A stretch of 64,000 nucleotides of DNA, taken from NCBI GenBank assembly GCA_018623495.1, contig JAAZVP010000004.1, forward strand, positions 2,016 to 66,015. Direction: 5' to 3'. Source of the DNA: Halothiobacillus sp. GTDB taxonomy: Bacteria; Pseudomonadota; Gammaproteobacteria; JAAZVP01. A program made the position numbers and the translations under genes. Below the pieces are notes generated by a model. It did not search any database. It was not told the origin of the DNA and saw nothing but the letters and a program-made list of their open reading frames with translations. Numbering within the stretch: position 1 is the stretch's first letter; every line of letters begins with the position of its first letter. Of the stretch, positions 28,900 to 38,040 are shown in pieces.

Positions 28900-30684
28900 T
28901 CAGCCCGCCGCGGTGCGGATTGCCTCGAGAAACGGCTCGCCGTAACGCTCGAGCTTGTGCTCGCCCACCCCGTAGAGGGCCAGCAGCCCCTCGGGGGCGT
29001 CGGGCTTGTGGCGGGCCATCTCCCGCAGGGTGCGGTCGCCGAAGATGACGTAAGGGGGGACGTCGGCCTCCTCGGCGAGCCGCCGACGCAGGTCGCGAAG
29101 CCGCCTGAAGAGGCCGGCATCGAAGTCCCCGGCCTCCTCCTCGTGGCGCTTGATCGCGCGCGCGTCGACCCGCGGGCGGGCCAGCTCCAGCGTCTCCTCG
29201 CCCCGCAGCAGGGGACGGGCGGCCTCGGTGAGGCCGAGCACCGAGTAGTTGGCGACGTCCTGCACCAGGTAGCCGCGGTGGATCAGCTGCCGGAGGATCG
29301 ATTCCCACACCGGCGCCGAGTGGTGGTCGCCGATGCCGTAGGTGGACAGCCGGTCGTGGCCCAGCCGGCGGATGGCCTGGTTGTCGGCGCCGCGCAGCAC
29401 CTCGATGACGTGGCGCATGCCGAAGCGCTGCCCCACCCGGTAGACGCAGGAGAGGGCCTTCTGCGCGTCGACCGTGGCGTCGAAGCGCTCGGGCGGCGAC
29501 TCGCAGACGTCGCAATTGCCGCAGTCGGCGTCCGGGTGGTCGCCGAAGTAGCCGAGCAGGGCGCGGCGCCGGCAGGAGAGGCTCTCGGCGAAGCCCACCA
29601 TGGCGTTGAGCTTGTGCAGCTCGACGCGCTTGCGTTCCTCGTTCTCCGTGTTGTCGATCAGCAGGCGGGCCGTGGCGATGTCCCGGGCGCCGAACAGCAG
29701 CAGCGCCTCGGCGGGCAGGCCGTCGCGGCCGGCCCGGCCCGTCTCCTGGTAGTAGCTCTCGATGTTCTTGGGCAGGTCGAAGTGCACCACGAAGCGGACG
29801 TTGGGCTTGTCGATGCCCATGCCGAAGGCCACCGTGGCCACCACCACGCGGATGTCGTCGCGCAGGAAGGCATCCTGGACCCACTGGCGCTGACGGTCGG
29901 AAAGCCCCGCGTGGTAGGCGGCGGCCTTGTGGCCGCGCTCGATCAGCCGCTCGGCCACCGTCTCCACCCGCTTGCGCGACAGGCAGTAGACGATGCCGGA
30001 CTGGTCGTCGCGCCCGGCGAGAAAGTCGGCCAGCTGGCGGTAGGGCTTCTGTTTCTCCACCACCGTGTAGCGGATATTGGGCCGGTCGAAGCCCGTGAGG
30101 TAATGGCCGGCGGCCTCCAGCCCCAGGCGGGCGGCGATGTCGGCCCGGGTGTGGGGGTCGGCGGTGGCGGTGAGCGCGATCATGGGCACGCGGGGAAACT
30201 GGGAGCGCAGCTCGCCGAGGCGCACGTATTCCGGCCGGAAGTCGTGGCCCCACTGGGAGACGCAATGGGCCTCGTCGACGGCGAACAGGGCCACGTCCAC
30301 GTGCTCCAGGCGCTGGAGGAAGCCGGGGGCCAGGAGACGCTCGGGAGCCACGTAGAGCACGTCCAGTTCGCCGGCGTGCAGCCGTCCGAGCACCGCCCGG
30401 GCGTCCTCCGGCTCCAACGAGGAGTTGAAATGCGCCGCCGACACGCCGTTGGCCCGCAGGGCATCCACCTGGTCCTTCATCAGCGAGATCAGCGGCGAGA
30501 CCACGATGGCCACCCCCGGGCGGTGCAGGGCCGGGATCTGGTAGCACAGCGACTTGCCGCCGCCCGTGGGCATGACCACCAGGGCGTCGTCGCCGCCCAC
30601 CACGCGCTCGATGATCTCGCGCTGGTGGGGGCGGAACTCGGCGTAACCGAAGACCCGTTGCAGGGTGTCGTCCAGCGAGGAAAT
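28900..30684 (-). CDS. recQ: ATP-dependent DNA helicase RecQ (start uncertain; ATT at 30684 proposed)
   Basis: MPTGGGKSLCYQ, DEAHCVSQWGHDFRPEY, QETGRAGRDG, Zn-binding CRR...CGNCDVC, RQC and HRDC (VPPYVIFGD.TL). Confidence 0.97.
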   Translation of the reverse strand: MSSLDDTLQRVFGYAEFRPHQREIIERVVGGDDALVVMPTGGGKSLCYQIPALHRPGVAIVVSPLISLMKDQVDALRANGVSAAHFNSSLEPEDARAVLGRLHAGELDVLYVAPERLLAPGFLQRLEHVDVALFAVDEAHCVSQWGHDFRPEYVRLGELRSQFPRVPMIALTATADPHTRADIAARLGLEAAGHYLTGFDRPNIRYTVVEKQKPYRQLADFLAGRDDQSGIVYCLSRKRVETVAERLIERGHKAAAYHAGLSDRQRQWVQDAFLRDDIRVVVATVAFGMGIDKPNVRFVVHFDLPKNIESYYQETGRAGRDGLPAEALLLFGARDIATARLLIDNTENEERKRVELHKLNAMVGFAESLSCRRRALLGYFGDHPDADCGNCDVCESPPERFDATVDAQKALSCVYRVGQRFGMRHVIEVLRGADNQAIRRLGHDRLSTYGIGDHHSAPVWESILRQLIHRGYLVQDVANYSVLGLTEAARPLLRGEETLELARPRVDARAIKRHEEEAGDFDAGLFRRLRDLRRRLAEEADVPPYVIFGDRTLREMARHKPDAPEGLLALYGVGEHKLERYGEPFLEAIRTAAG

Positions 30685-30794
30685 GGCGGCCTCCGGGGCA
30701 CTTCGCGAAAGCCCTACAGGATAGCCGAACGGGCGGGGTCGCCGCCATGTGCCGGCTGACGGCCGGTCCCGTTTCCCCGGTGCCCCTCGGTGGT

Positions 30795-30803
30795 TGTTAT
30801 ACT
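30795..30803 (+). promoter_or_regulatory. Extended -10 promoter element (TGnTATACT) for the DUF1820 gene
   Basis: TGTTATACT ends 35 nt upstream of the ATG at 30839. Confidence 0.5.
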
Positions 30804-30838
30804 CGCGCGCCATCCAGCCACCGACGAGAGCCGCGCCC

Positions 30839-31171
30839 ATGGCCGAGACCACGCTGTACCGCGTCACCTTCCTCAACCGGAACGAGGTCTACGAGATCTA
30901 TGCCCGCGAGGTGGGCCAGGCGGGGATGTACGGTTTCGTTGAGGTGGCCGACCCGGTCTTCGGCGAGAAGTCGGAGGTGATCATCGATCCCACCGAAGAG
31001 CGGCTGCGCGCCGAGTTCAAGGGTGTTCGCCGGTTCTACATCCCCGTGCACTCGGTGGTCCGTATCGACCAGGTCGAAAAGCGGGGACCGGCCCGGGTGA
31101 CCGCCATGGACGATTCGAAAGGGGGCACGGTCACGCCCTTCAACCCGGGCATGCCGCCGCGCGGTAAGTGA
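30839..31171 (+). CDS. DUF1820 family protein
   Basis: YRV.FLN..EVYEIYAR, GFVEV, FGE...IIDP.EE.L..EF.GV.R.YIP.H.V.RID.V.K.G. Confidence 0.85.
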   Translation: MAETTLYRVTFLNRNEVYEIYAREVGQAGMYGFVEVADPVFGEKSEVIIDPTEERLRAEFKGVRRFYIPVHSVVRIDQVEKRGPARVTAMDDSKGGTVTPFNPGMPPRGK

Positions 31172-31398
31172 TGCGGCATTATCGAGAGGAGTGGGCAGCG
31201 TACAAGGGTGGTGGAGTACGGGTTTCGCGCGCCTCGAAGCCGTACTTCTTTTGACCCGCTTTTCCGGCGCGCGAGTATCGAGAAAATTTCGGCGCAAATG
31301 GTGCGCGAAATCCATAGCGGGTTGCTTACACGCAGCCCCTGTTTCACGCCATGGTGTGATGAACCCGATCATCCGCTGCACCGTTCCGGGAGCCCGAC

Positions 31399-33048
31399 AT
31401 GCAGAACCTTCGGCAGCACCTGCAACGCATCGACGGCAAGGGCTACAAGGCCTACGAGGACATCCGGGGCGAGTACCGCTTTCCCCGTTTCACCCTGGTC
31501 GTGGACCACGTCCAGGCCGACCCTTTCGCCGCACCCTCCCGGCTGCGGGTGCGGGTTCCCCGGGAGGTGGCCGATCTGCCGAGCCATGCGCGGCAGGAAG
31601 GGCCACGTGCCCGGGCCGCGCGGGATTTCCTGGCCCGGGCCTTTGCCCGTGCCGTCTCGAAGGAACGCTCGGTAGCCATCGACGCCGGTGCCCAGACCGT
31701 GCTGGATCGCACGGCCTGCCTGTTCACGGAAGAGGGCGTGGAACTGCGTTTCACCGTCAGCCTGCCGGCGGCCGGGCGGCGGGTCCTGGGGCGCAAGGCC
31801 CGGGACCTGCTGGTGGAGCGCCTGCCGCAGGCGGTGGCGTCGGCCACCGAGGCCGGTCGCCTCGATCTCGATGCCCTGCGCCGGCATTGCGACGCGGTGG
31901 AAGACCAGGTGGCCCTGCGCGACCAGCTGGCCGCGCGGGGGCTGGTGGCCTTCGTCGGCGACGGTGCCGTGTTGCCGCGCGCCTCGGGGATCGACGACCG
32001 GCCGCTGGCCGATGCCATCCCTCTCCAATCGCCGGACAGCCTGCGCATCACCCTGGAGGCCCCCAATGCCGGGGCCGTGACCGGCATGGGGGTTCCCCGG
32101 GGGATCACCCTGGTGGTGGGTGGCGGTTTCCACGGCAAGTCCACGCTGCTGGGGGCGCTGGAGACGGGCGTCTACGACCACCTGCCGGGCGACGGGCGCG
32201 AACGGGTGGTGACCGACCCGGGGGCGGCCAAGATCCGCGCCGAGGACGGTCGCGCGGTGAGCGGCGTGGACCTCTCGCCGTTCATCAATCATCTGCCGTT
32301 CGGAAAGCCCACCGAGGCCTTTCATACCGACCTGGCCTCCGGCTCCACCAGCCAGGCCGCGGCGTTGCAGGAGGCCCTGGAGGCCGGTGCCCGAACGCTG
32401 CTGGTGGACGAGGATACCTCGGCCACCAACTTCATGATCCGCGACGAGCGGATGCAGGCCCTGGTGGCCAAGGACAGCGAGCCCATCACCCCTTTCGTGG
32501 ATCGCATCCGCGAGCTGCGCGACGCGCTCGGTGTCTCCACCGTGCTGGTCATGGGCGGTTCGGGGGACTACTTCGACTGCGCCGACACCGTCATCCAGAT
32601 GCACGACTACGCGCCGGTGGACGTCACCGAAAAGGCCCGCGCGATCGCCGCCCGCCATGTCACCGGGCGGCGCGAGGAGCGCGAATCGGCGCTCTCCGCG
32701 CCGCGCCGTCGCGCCCTCGACCCGGCGTCGGTGCAACCGCGAAACCGCAAGGGTCGGCCGAAGGTCTCGGCCCGCGGCCGGGAGACCCTGGTCTTCGGCG
32801 AGGGGGCCGTGGACCTGCGGGCGGTGGAGCAGATCGTGGATGCCTCCCAGGTGCGGGCCATCGGGCGGTTGCTGGAGGCGGTCGCGGAGGAACCCGGCCG
32901 GGTGGCCGACCCGGTCGCCTGGATCGAGCGGCGCCTCGGGCAGACGCTGGACTCGCTGGCCCGGCGCCCCGACGGCGACCTGGCTCGCCCAAGGACGCTG
33001 GAGGTCATGACCGCCCTGAATCGCCTGCGGGGGGTGCGCCTGGGTTGA
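31399..33048 (+). CDS. ABC_ATPase-family (MRB1590-like) P-loop ATPase
   Basis: IDGKGYKAY, DHVQADPFAAPS, Walker A GGGFHGKST, ASGSTSQAA, Walker B LLVDEDTSATNFMIRD, EPITPF. Confidence 0.88.
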   Translation: MQNLRQHLQRIDGKGYKAYEDIRGEYRFPRFTLVVDHVQADPFAAPSRLRVRVPREVADLPSHARQEGPRARAARDFLARAFARAVSKERSVAIDAGAQTVLDRTACLFTEEGVELRFTVSLPAAGRRVLGRKARDLLVERLPQAVASATEAGRLDLDALRRHCDAVEDQVALRDQLAARGLVAFVGDGAVLPRASGIDDRPLADAIPLQSPDSLRITLEAPNAGAVTGMGVPRGITLVVGGGFHGKSTLLGALETGVYDHLPGDGRERVVTDPGAAKIRAEDGRAVSGVDLSPFINHLPFGKPTEAFHTDLASGSTSQAAALQEALEAGARTLLVDEDTSATNFMIRDERMQALVAKDSEPITPFVDRIRELRDALGVSTVLVMGGSGDYFDCADTVIQMHDYAPVDVTEKARAIAARHVTGRREERESALSAPRRRALDPASVQPRNRKGRPKVSARGRETLVFGEGAVDLRAVEQIVDASQVRAIGRLLEAVAEEPGRVADPVAWIERRLGQTLDSLARRPDGDLARPRTLEVMTALNRLRGVRLG

Positions 33049-33239
33049 GACGCGCGCGGGCACACCATTCGTCGTGTTCTTCCGCCTGCTGGTCCCGGAA
33101 CGCCTCGCCGGCGGTCTCCACGTCTACCCCAGGGCCTTCCCGCGGGTACGGCCGCCGGTCCGGATCACCGGTCGCGGGGGGCGACCGGGCGGCCAGCCTT
33201 CCCTGGAACAGGGTTCGCACCTGCCTTCATGGCCTGCTC

Positions 33240-33615
33240 GTGATCGGACTCGGGTAAAGCGGGACACACGGGGAAGGCCACGGGCATCCGGACCAGGCGT
33301 GCCGGCGAGGCTCCGTCCCCGCGGGACGGGATGCGCGTGCGGGTGGACCGGGTGCGGCCGCGGGGGGAGCAAGGCCGAGGCCCGGCTCGACCACGGGTTC
33401 CGGGAGCTGGCCCCTCCCGCGAGCTGCGCCCGTGGGTTGTTCACGACCCGGGGAAACGGGACGCCTTCCGCCAGCGGTACCGGGCCGAGCTCGACGCGAT
33501 GGCGGACCGGGAGGCGATCGAGACGCTGCGCGAGGCCGCCGACGGTGGCCGGGTCACGCTGGCCCACGGGGCCCGGGAAGAGCGCTGCAACAACGCGGTG
33601 GTGCTCAAGGCGTAG
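33240..33615 (+). pseudogene. Degraded DUF488/YeaO family gene
   Basis: YeaO segments are split across frames: RVKR; DGMRVRVDRVRPRG / SKAEARLDHGFRELAP / SRELRPW..HDP...FRQRYRAEL...VTL...R...NNAVVLK. Conserved Trp residues are lost. Confidence 0.75.
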
Positions 33616-33645
33616 CCGGAGGGAAGCGGCCAGGGGAGCGGGAAG

Positions 33646-33671
33646 AAAAAACCGCGCCGGAAAGGCGCGGT
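33646..33671 (-). terminator. Rho-independent terminator of the nrdJab operon
   Basis: Stem accgcgcc/ggcgcggt followed on the minus strand by a T-run, about 30 nt after the nrdJb stop. Confidence 0.75.
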
Positions 33672-33702
33672 CTCGGGGGCGGGCCGTGCTGGAGGGAACG
33701 GC

Positions 33703-34422
33703 TCAGCCGCACTTGCTCTCGCCGCAGTTGAGGCAGGTCATGCAGCCGTCCATGCGGACCATGGCCTTGGTGTGGCACTTGTTGCACAGCTGGGCGCCCG
33801 GGGGATGGGATTCCTCGCTGTCGTCGCAATCGGCCTGGGTCGGCTCCTGGGGCTCGATGGTCTGGGCGTACTCGGCCTTCTTGGCCTCGATGAAGGCCTT
33901 CTGGTGGGCGTCCATTTCCTCGGGCTCGATCATGCCGATCTTCTTGAGGTGGCGCTCGATGACGTCGCCGATCTCGGCCACCAGCGAGGGCATGAAGCGC
34001 CCGCCCTTCTTGAAGTAGCCGCCGCGCGGGTCGAAGACCGACTGGAGCTCTTCGACCAGGAACGTGGAGTCGCCGCCCTTGCGGAACACCGCGGAGATGA
34101 TCCGGGTGAGCGCCACGATCCACTGGAAGTGGTCCATGTTCTTCGAGTTGATGAAGATCTCGAAGGGGCGCCGGGCCTCGTGCTCGGTGCCGGGATTGAG
34201 GATGACGTCGTTGATGGTGACGTAGAGCGCGTGCTCGGAGAGCGGGGTCTTGATCTTGTAGGTGGAGCCCTCCAGCGCCTCGGGGCGCTCGAGGTTCTCG
34301 TGCATCTGCTCGATGGCGTCGCGATCGTCGTTGGAGGCGGCCTCCGGTGCCCAGCTGGAGGCGGTGGCCTCCTCGCTCTTCACCTCGTAGTCGACGATCT
34401 TGTTCTCGATCTTGATGGCCAT
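33703..34422 (-). CDS. nrdJb: Class II ribonucleotide reductase small subunit NrdJb (TSCPD domain)
   Basis: RPE.LEGSTYKIKTP..EHALYVTIND, RPFEIFINSKN, VFRKGGD, C-terminal CNKC...CMTCLNCGESKCG. Confidence 0.9.
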   Translation of the reverse strand: MAIKIENKIVDYEVKSEEATASSWAPEAASNDDRDAIEQMHENLERPEALEGSTYKIKTPLSEHALYVTINDVILNPGTEHEARRPFEIFINSKNMDHFQWIVALTRIISAVFRKGGDSTFLVEELQSVFDPRGGYFKKGGRFMPSLVAEIGDVIERHLKKIGMIEPEEMDAHQKAFIEAKKAEYAQTIEPQEPTQADCDDSEESHPPGAQLCNKCHTKAMVRMDGCMTCLNCGESKCG

Positions 34423-34505
34423 TGCGTTTCTACCTCGGCTCGCTGCCGTTGGGGCGGGTGGCCGGCACCCGCCGCGTTGGACTCGGTCGGATTCGCTGGG
34501 ACGGC

Positions 34506-37500
34506 TCAGAACTTGCCGTAGTAGCCTTCCTTGAGGGCGTCGTAGAGGTTGGCGGCGGTGTGGGTCTCGCCGTCGTACTCGATCTCCTCGTCGCCCTTGG
34601 CCTCGACCACCGTGCCGTCCTCGAGCCTGAAGCGGTAGGTGGTATTGGCCAGGTCCTCGCCCTTGACCAGCACGCCCTGGAAGGCCTCCGGGTTGAAGCG
34701 GAAGGTGGTGCAGCCCTTCAGGCCGTTGTGGTAGGCGTAGGTGTAGATGCCCTTGAAGTCGTCGTAGGGGTATTCCGTGGGCACGTTGGCGGTCTTGGAG
34801 ATCGACGAGTCCACCCACTTCTGGGCCGCGGCCTGGATGTCGACGTGCTGCTGCGGGGTGACGTCGTCGGCGGCGATGAAGTAGTCCGGCAGCGCGCCGT
34901 CCTCGCCGCCGGCGCCCGCCGGGAAGGCGTCGCCGTCGATCAGGTGGCGGTAGGCGAGCAGCTCGAAGGAATAGACGTCCACCTTCTCCTTGGACTTGCG
35001 CCCCTCGCGGATCACGTTGCGGAAGTAGTGGTGCGCGAAGCTGGGCTCGATGCCGTTGGAGGCGTTGTTGGCCAGCGACAGCGAGATGGTGCCGGTGGGC
35101 GCGATGGAGCTGTGGTGGGTGAAGCGGCTGCCGGTTTCCGCCAGTGCCTCCGCCAGTTCCGGGTCCTCGCCGGCCACCTTCTGCATGTAGCGGCTGTATT
35201 TCGCCCACAGCACGCGGCCCTTGACCGTCTGGCCGGCCCGGTAGCCGTCGCGCTTCATTTCCGGGCGCCGGGCCAGCATTTCCTCGGTGACCGTGTAGTC
35301 CTCGTCCATGATCGGCGCCGGTCCCTTCTCCTCGGCCAGCGCGAGACCCGAGCGCCAGCCCTGCAGGGCCAGCTCCTTGGCCACCTGTTCGGTGAAGGCC
35401 AGCGAGTCGCTCTCGCCGTACTTCATCCGCAGCATGGTCAGGGTGGAGCCCAGCCCGAGAAAGCCCATGCCGTGACGGCGCTTGCGGTAGATCTCGTCCT
35501 GTTGCTCGGGCAGGGGCAGGCCGTTGATCTCCACCACGTTGTCGAGCATGCGGGTGAAGATGTCCACCACCCGGCGGTAGGCGTCCCAGTCGAAGCGGGC
35601 TTTGTCGGTGAAGGGATCGCGGACGAACTTGGTCAGGTTCACCGAGCCCAGCAGGCAGGCGCCATAGGGGGGCAGGGGCTGCTCGCCGCAGTTGTGGGCG
35701 TGCAGGCCGTTGGCATCGAAGGTGTTGATGCCGGGCACCTGGACGTCGAAGACGTCCTCCTCGCCGTCGGCAACGATCTCGGCGACCCGTGCGACGAACC
35801 GTTCCCGGTTGAGCGAGCGGCGGTAGCCGTTCAGCGCGCTGTGCAGGCGTTCGGCCTTGGTGGTGTCGGCAAAGCCCACGCGTTCGTTGAAGGTCGCCAG
35901 GTTCTCGCCGGTGATGACCAGTTCGTGCTGGGCCCGGATGGGATAGTCGGCGGCGCCGCCCCGGCCATCGGGCAGGCGGGCCGTTTCCGCCTTGCGGCGA
36001 TCGCGGTAGATCGTCGAGGCGATGCCCAGGCGCAGCAGCATGCGCTGGACGGCCTCCAGCCGTTCGCTGTCGGATTGTGCCAGGCGAATGCTGACGCCCT
36101 TTTCCGGCGTGCCCTGGACCGAGCCGTCGGCATCGAACAAGCCGCGCAGGAAACCCTCGTAGAACCGGCTGGAGCCCTGTTCCACCTGCGCAGTGACCGA
36201 TTTGGCCCCTGGCTCCATGCCCAGGTCATCGGCCAGGCGGCGCAAGGCGCCCAGGGCCAGGCGGTGCTCGCCGCGATCGGCGACCTTGTGCCAGCCGGCG
36301 AAGTCGCTTCGATGGGGCAGGTTGCGCGCGGCATTCTCCGCTGCGGCCATGATGGCGCGGGCCCCGGCCGACAGCGCGCCCGAATCGCCATTGGCCACGG
36401 CCGGCGTCTCCCAGACCGAGAGCACGGCCTTGTCCGATTTCAGGGTGCCATCGCCGACGAGCAGGCCGGCGAGGTAGCCTTCGTCGTGGCCAAAGGCGCC
36501 GGACCATTCGGGATGCTCCCGGTGATCGTTGAGCAGGACGCGATCCCCCGGCACCAGGTCGCCGGCAGCGCACCACTCGGTATCGGTGGTGTAACGCGTG
36601 AAGCGGCTGACGCGGCGCACACGGTGGTCGGCGGTGAGGCGCAGCTTGTAGCCCTCGGCCGTCTGCAGGCGCACGACGGGCTTGGTCGCCGTGCGGAAGA
36701 AGCCCTCGGGGCCGCTGGCATGATCACGGCCGTCCACCCGGGCGGCGAACGGCCGGCCGACCAGGTCGCTCACCCGGCGCGGACCGGCGCCGGTATGGAC
36801 CCATGTGTCGGCGGTGACGCAGGGGTTGGTGGCGCGGATTTCCTCGCAGAACCAGTTGTTGTTCATCTCGTTGACGCGGTCGATGAGGATGAACCCGGGC
36901 TCGGCGTAGTCGTAGGTGGAGGTCATGATCATGTCCCAGACGCGCTGGGCCTTGACCGTGCGATAGATCCGGCAGGCCACCAGGCCGTCTTCGCGGGTGA
37001 CGTACTTGTCCTTGACCGGCCAGTCGCGCCAGATGACCTGTTGGGGGTCGTCGAGGTCGATCCCGTCCACCTCGGCCTCGCGCTCGGTGAGGGGGAAGGC
37101 CAGCGGCCAGTCGGCGCCGTCCTCGACCGCCTGCATGAACTCGTCGGTGATCAGCAGCGAGAGGTTGAACTGGCGCAGCCGGCCGTCCTCGCGCTTGGCG
37201 CGGATGAAGTCCATGACGTCGGGATGGCCCACGTCGAAGGTGGCCATCTGCGCGCCGCGCCGGCCGCCGGCAGAGCTCACCGTGAAGCACATCTTGTCGT
37301 AGATGTCCATGAACGACAGCGGCCCCGAGGTGTAGGCGCCGGCCCCGGAGACGTAGGCCCCCTTGGGACGCAGGGTGGAGAACTCGTAGCCGATGCCGCA
37401 GCCCGCCTTGAGCGTCAGGCCGGCCTCGTGGACCTTCTCCAGGATGTCGTCCATGGAGTCGCCCACCGTCGCCGACACCGTGCAGTTGATGGTCGAGGTG

Positions 37501-37793
37501 GCCGGCTTGTGGTCCCAGGCACCGGCATTGGAGGTGATCCGGCCGGCGGGGATGGCGCCGTGGCGCAAGGCCCAGAGGAACTCCTCGTACCAGTGCTCGC
37601 GCTTGTCCGCTTCCTCCACCTCGGCCAGGGCGCGGGCGACGCGCTGGTAGGTATGGTCGACGCTCTCGTCGATCACCCGGCCGTCCTTGGCCTTGAGGCG
37701 GTATTTCTTGTCCCAGATGTCTTCCGAGGCCGGCTGGATGGGGATCTCGGTGACGGCATTGGGCAGGGTGCGAACCTTGGCGGCGGTGCTCAT
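34506..37793 (-). CDS. nrdJa: Adenosylcobalamin-dependent ribonucleotide reductase NrdJa, intein-containing
   Basis: PAGRI.SNAG, STINCTVS, GGRRGAQM, FNLS, TNP/CGEQPLPPYGACLLGS, SIAPTGTIS, GLKGCTTFR. Confidence 0.95.
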   Translation of the reverse strand: MSTAAKVRTLPNAVTEIPIQPASEDIWDKKYRLKAKDGRVIDESVDHTYQRVARALAEVEEADKREHWYEEFLWALRHGAIPAGRITSNAGAWDHKPATSTINCTVSATVGDSMDDILEKVHEAGLTLKAGCGIGYEFSTLRPKGAYVSGAGAYTSGPLSFMDIYDKMCFTVSSAGGRRGAQMATFDVGHPDVMDFIRAKREDGRLRQFNLSLLITDEFMQAVEDGADWPLAFPLTEREAEVDGIDLDDPQQVIWRDWPVKDKYVTREDGLVACRIYRTVKAQRVWDMIMTSTYDYAEPGFILIDRVNEMNNNWFCEEIRATNPCVTADTWVHTGAGPRRVSDLVGRPFAARVDGRDHASGPEGFFRTATKPVVRLQTAEGYKLRLTADHRVRRVSRFTRYTTDTEWCAAGDLVPGDRVLLNDHREHPEWSGAFGHDEGYLAGLLVGDGTLKSDKAVLSVWETPAVANGDSGALSAGARAIMAAAENAARNLPHRSDFAGWHKVADRGEHRLALGALRRLADDLGMEPGAKSVTAQVEQGSSRFYEGFLRGLFDADGSVQGTPEKGVSIRLAQSDSERLEAVQRMLLRLGIASTIYRDRRKAETARLPDGRGGAADYPIRAQHELVITGENLATFNERVGFADTTKAERLHSALNGYRRSLNRERFVARVAEIVADGEEDVFDVQVPGINTFDANGLHAHNCGEQPLPPYGACLLGSVNLTKFVRDPFTDKARFDWDAYRRVVDIFTRMLDNVVEINGLPLPEQQDEIYRKRRHGMGFLGLGSTLTMLRMKYGESDSLAFTEQVAKELALQGWRSGLALAEEKGPAPIMDEDYTVTEEMLARRPEMKRDGYRAGQTVKGRVLWAKYSRYMQKVAGEDPELAEALAETGSRFTHHSSIAPTGTISLSLANNASNGIEPSFAHHYFRNVIREGRKSKEKVDVYSFELLAYRHLIDGDAFPAGAGGEDGALPDYFIAADDVTPQQHVDIQAAAQKWVDSSISKTANVPTEYPYDDFKGIYTYAYHNGLKGCTTFRFNPEAFQGVLVKGEDLANTTYRFRLEDGTVVEAKGDEEIEYDGETHTAANLYDALKEGYYGKF
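35691..36821 (-). mobile_element. Intein (377 aa) with LAGLIDADG homing endonuclease in nrdJa
   Basis: Interrupts NP|CGEQ; starts CVTADT, ends GLHAHN|C; block B LRLTADH; endonuclease motifs YLAGLLVGDG and FLRGLFDADG. Confidence 0.96.
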
Positions 37794-37861
37794 GTTCCTC
37801 TCCCTCGTCAACAGGTCGGGCGGCGGCCGCCGGGGCGCGGCCGCTCGCGGGTATCCACGAC

Positions 37862-37870
37862 TTATCCACA
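37862..37870. promoter_or_regulatory. DnaA box upstream of nrdJa
   Basis: Perfect TTATCCACA, with degenerate boxes nearby (gtatccacg at 37851; ttgtcccca at about 37885). Confidence 0.65.
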
Positions 37871-37898
37871 GCCCGTGAACAGGTTTGTCCCCACGTGG

Positions 37899-37946
37899 GC
37901 CATAGATGCTGGGGTGTCCGGGGCTCCCGGCAACAAGATATGGGGA
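37899..37946 (-). promoter_or_regulatory. Tandem NrdR boxes
   Basis: Minus-strand tccCcAtATcTTGttg (good match) and cccCAgcATcTAtggc (weaker), spaced 32 bp apart, upstream of RNR genes. Confidence 0.65.
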
Positions 37947-38040
37947 AACTAGACCGGTTTCCCCTCGCCGTCAACAGGCAGGAACGGCTCCCACGGCGCG
38001 GGCCGCATGGTGGCGGGATTCGCTGGGGCGAGCGGGGTGA

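Noticed and set aside
33005-33220. 71-aa minus-strand ORF with an acidic, ferritin-like-looking end
   Set aside because: No convincing RBS or family motif; may be a relic but cannot be supported.
34422-37952. 1176-aa plus-strand ORF
   Set aside because: Antisense shadow of nrdJa.
37800-38040. Cobalamin riboswitch or oriC upstream of nrdJa
   Set aside because: No B12-box recognised. Only one perfect DnaA box, no AT-rich unwinding element and no dnaA/gidA context.
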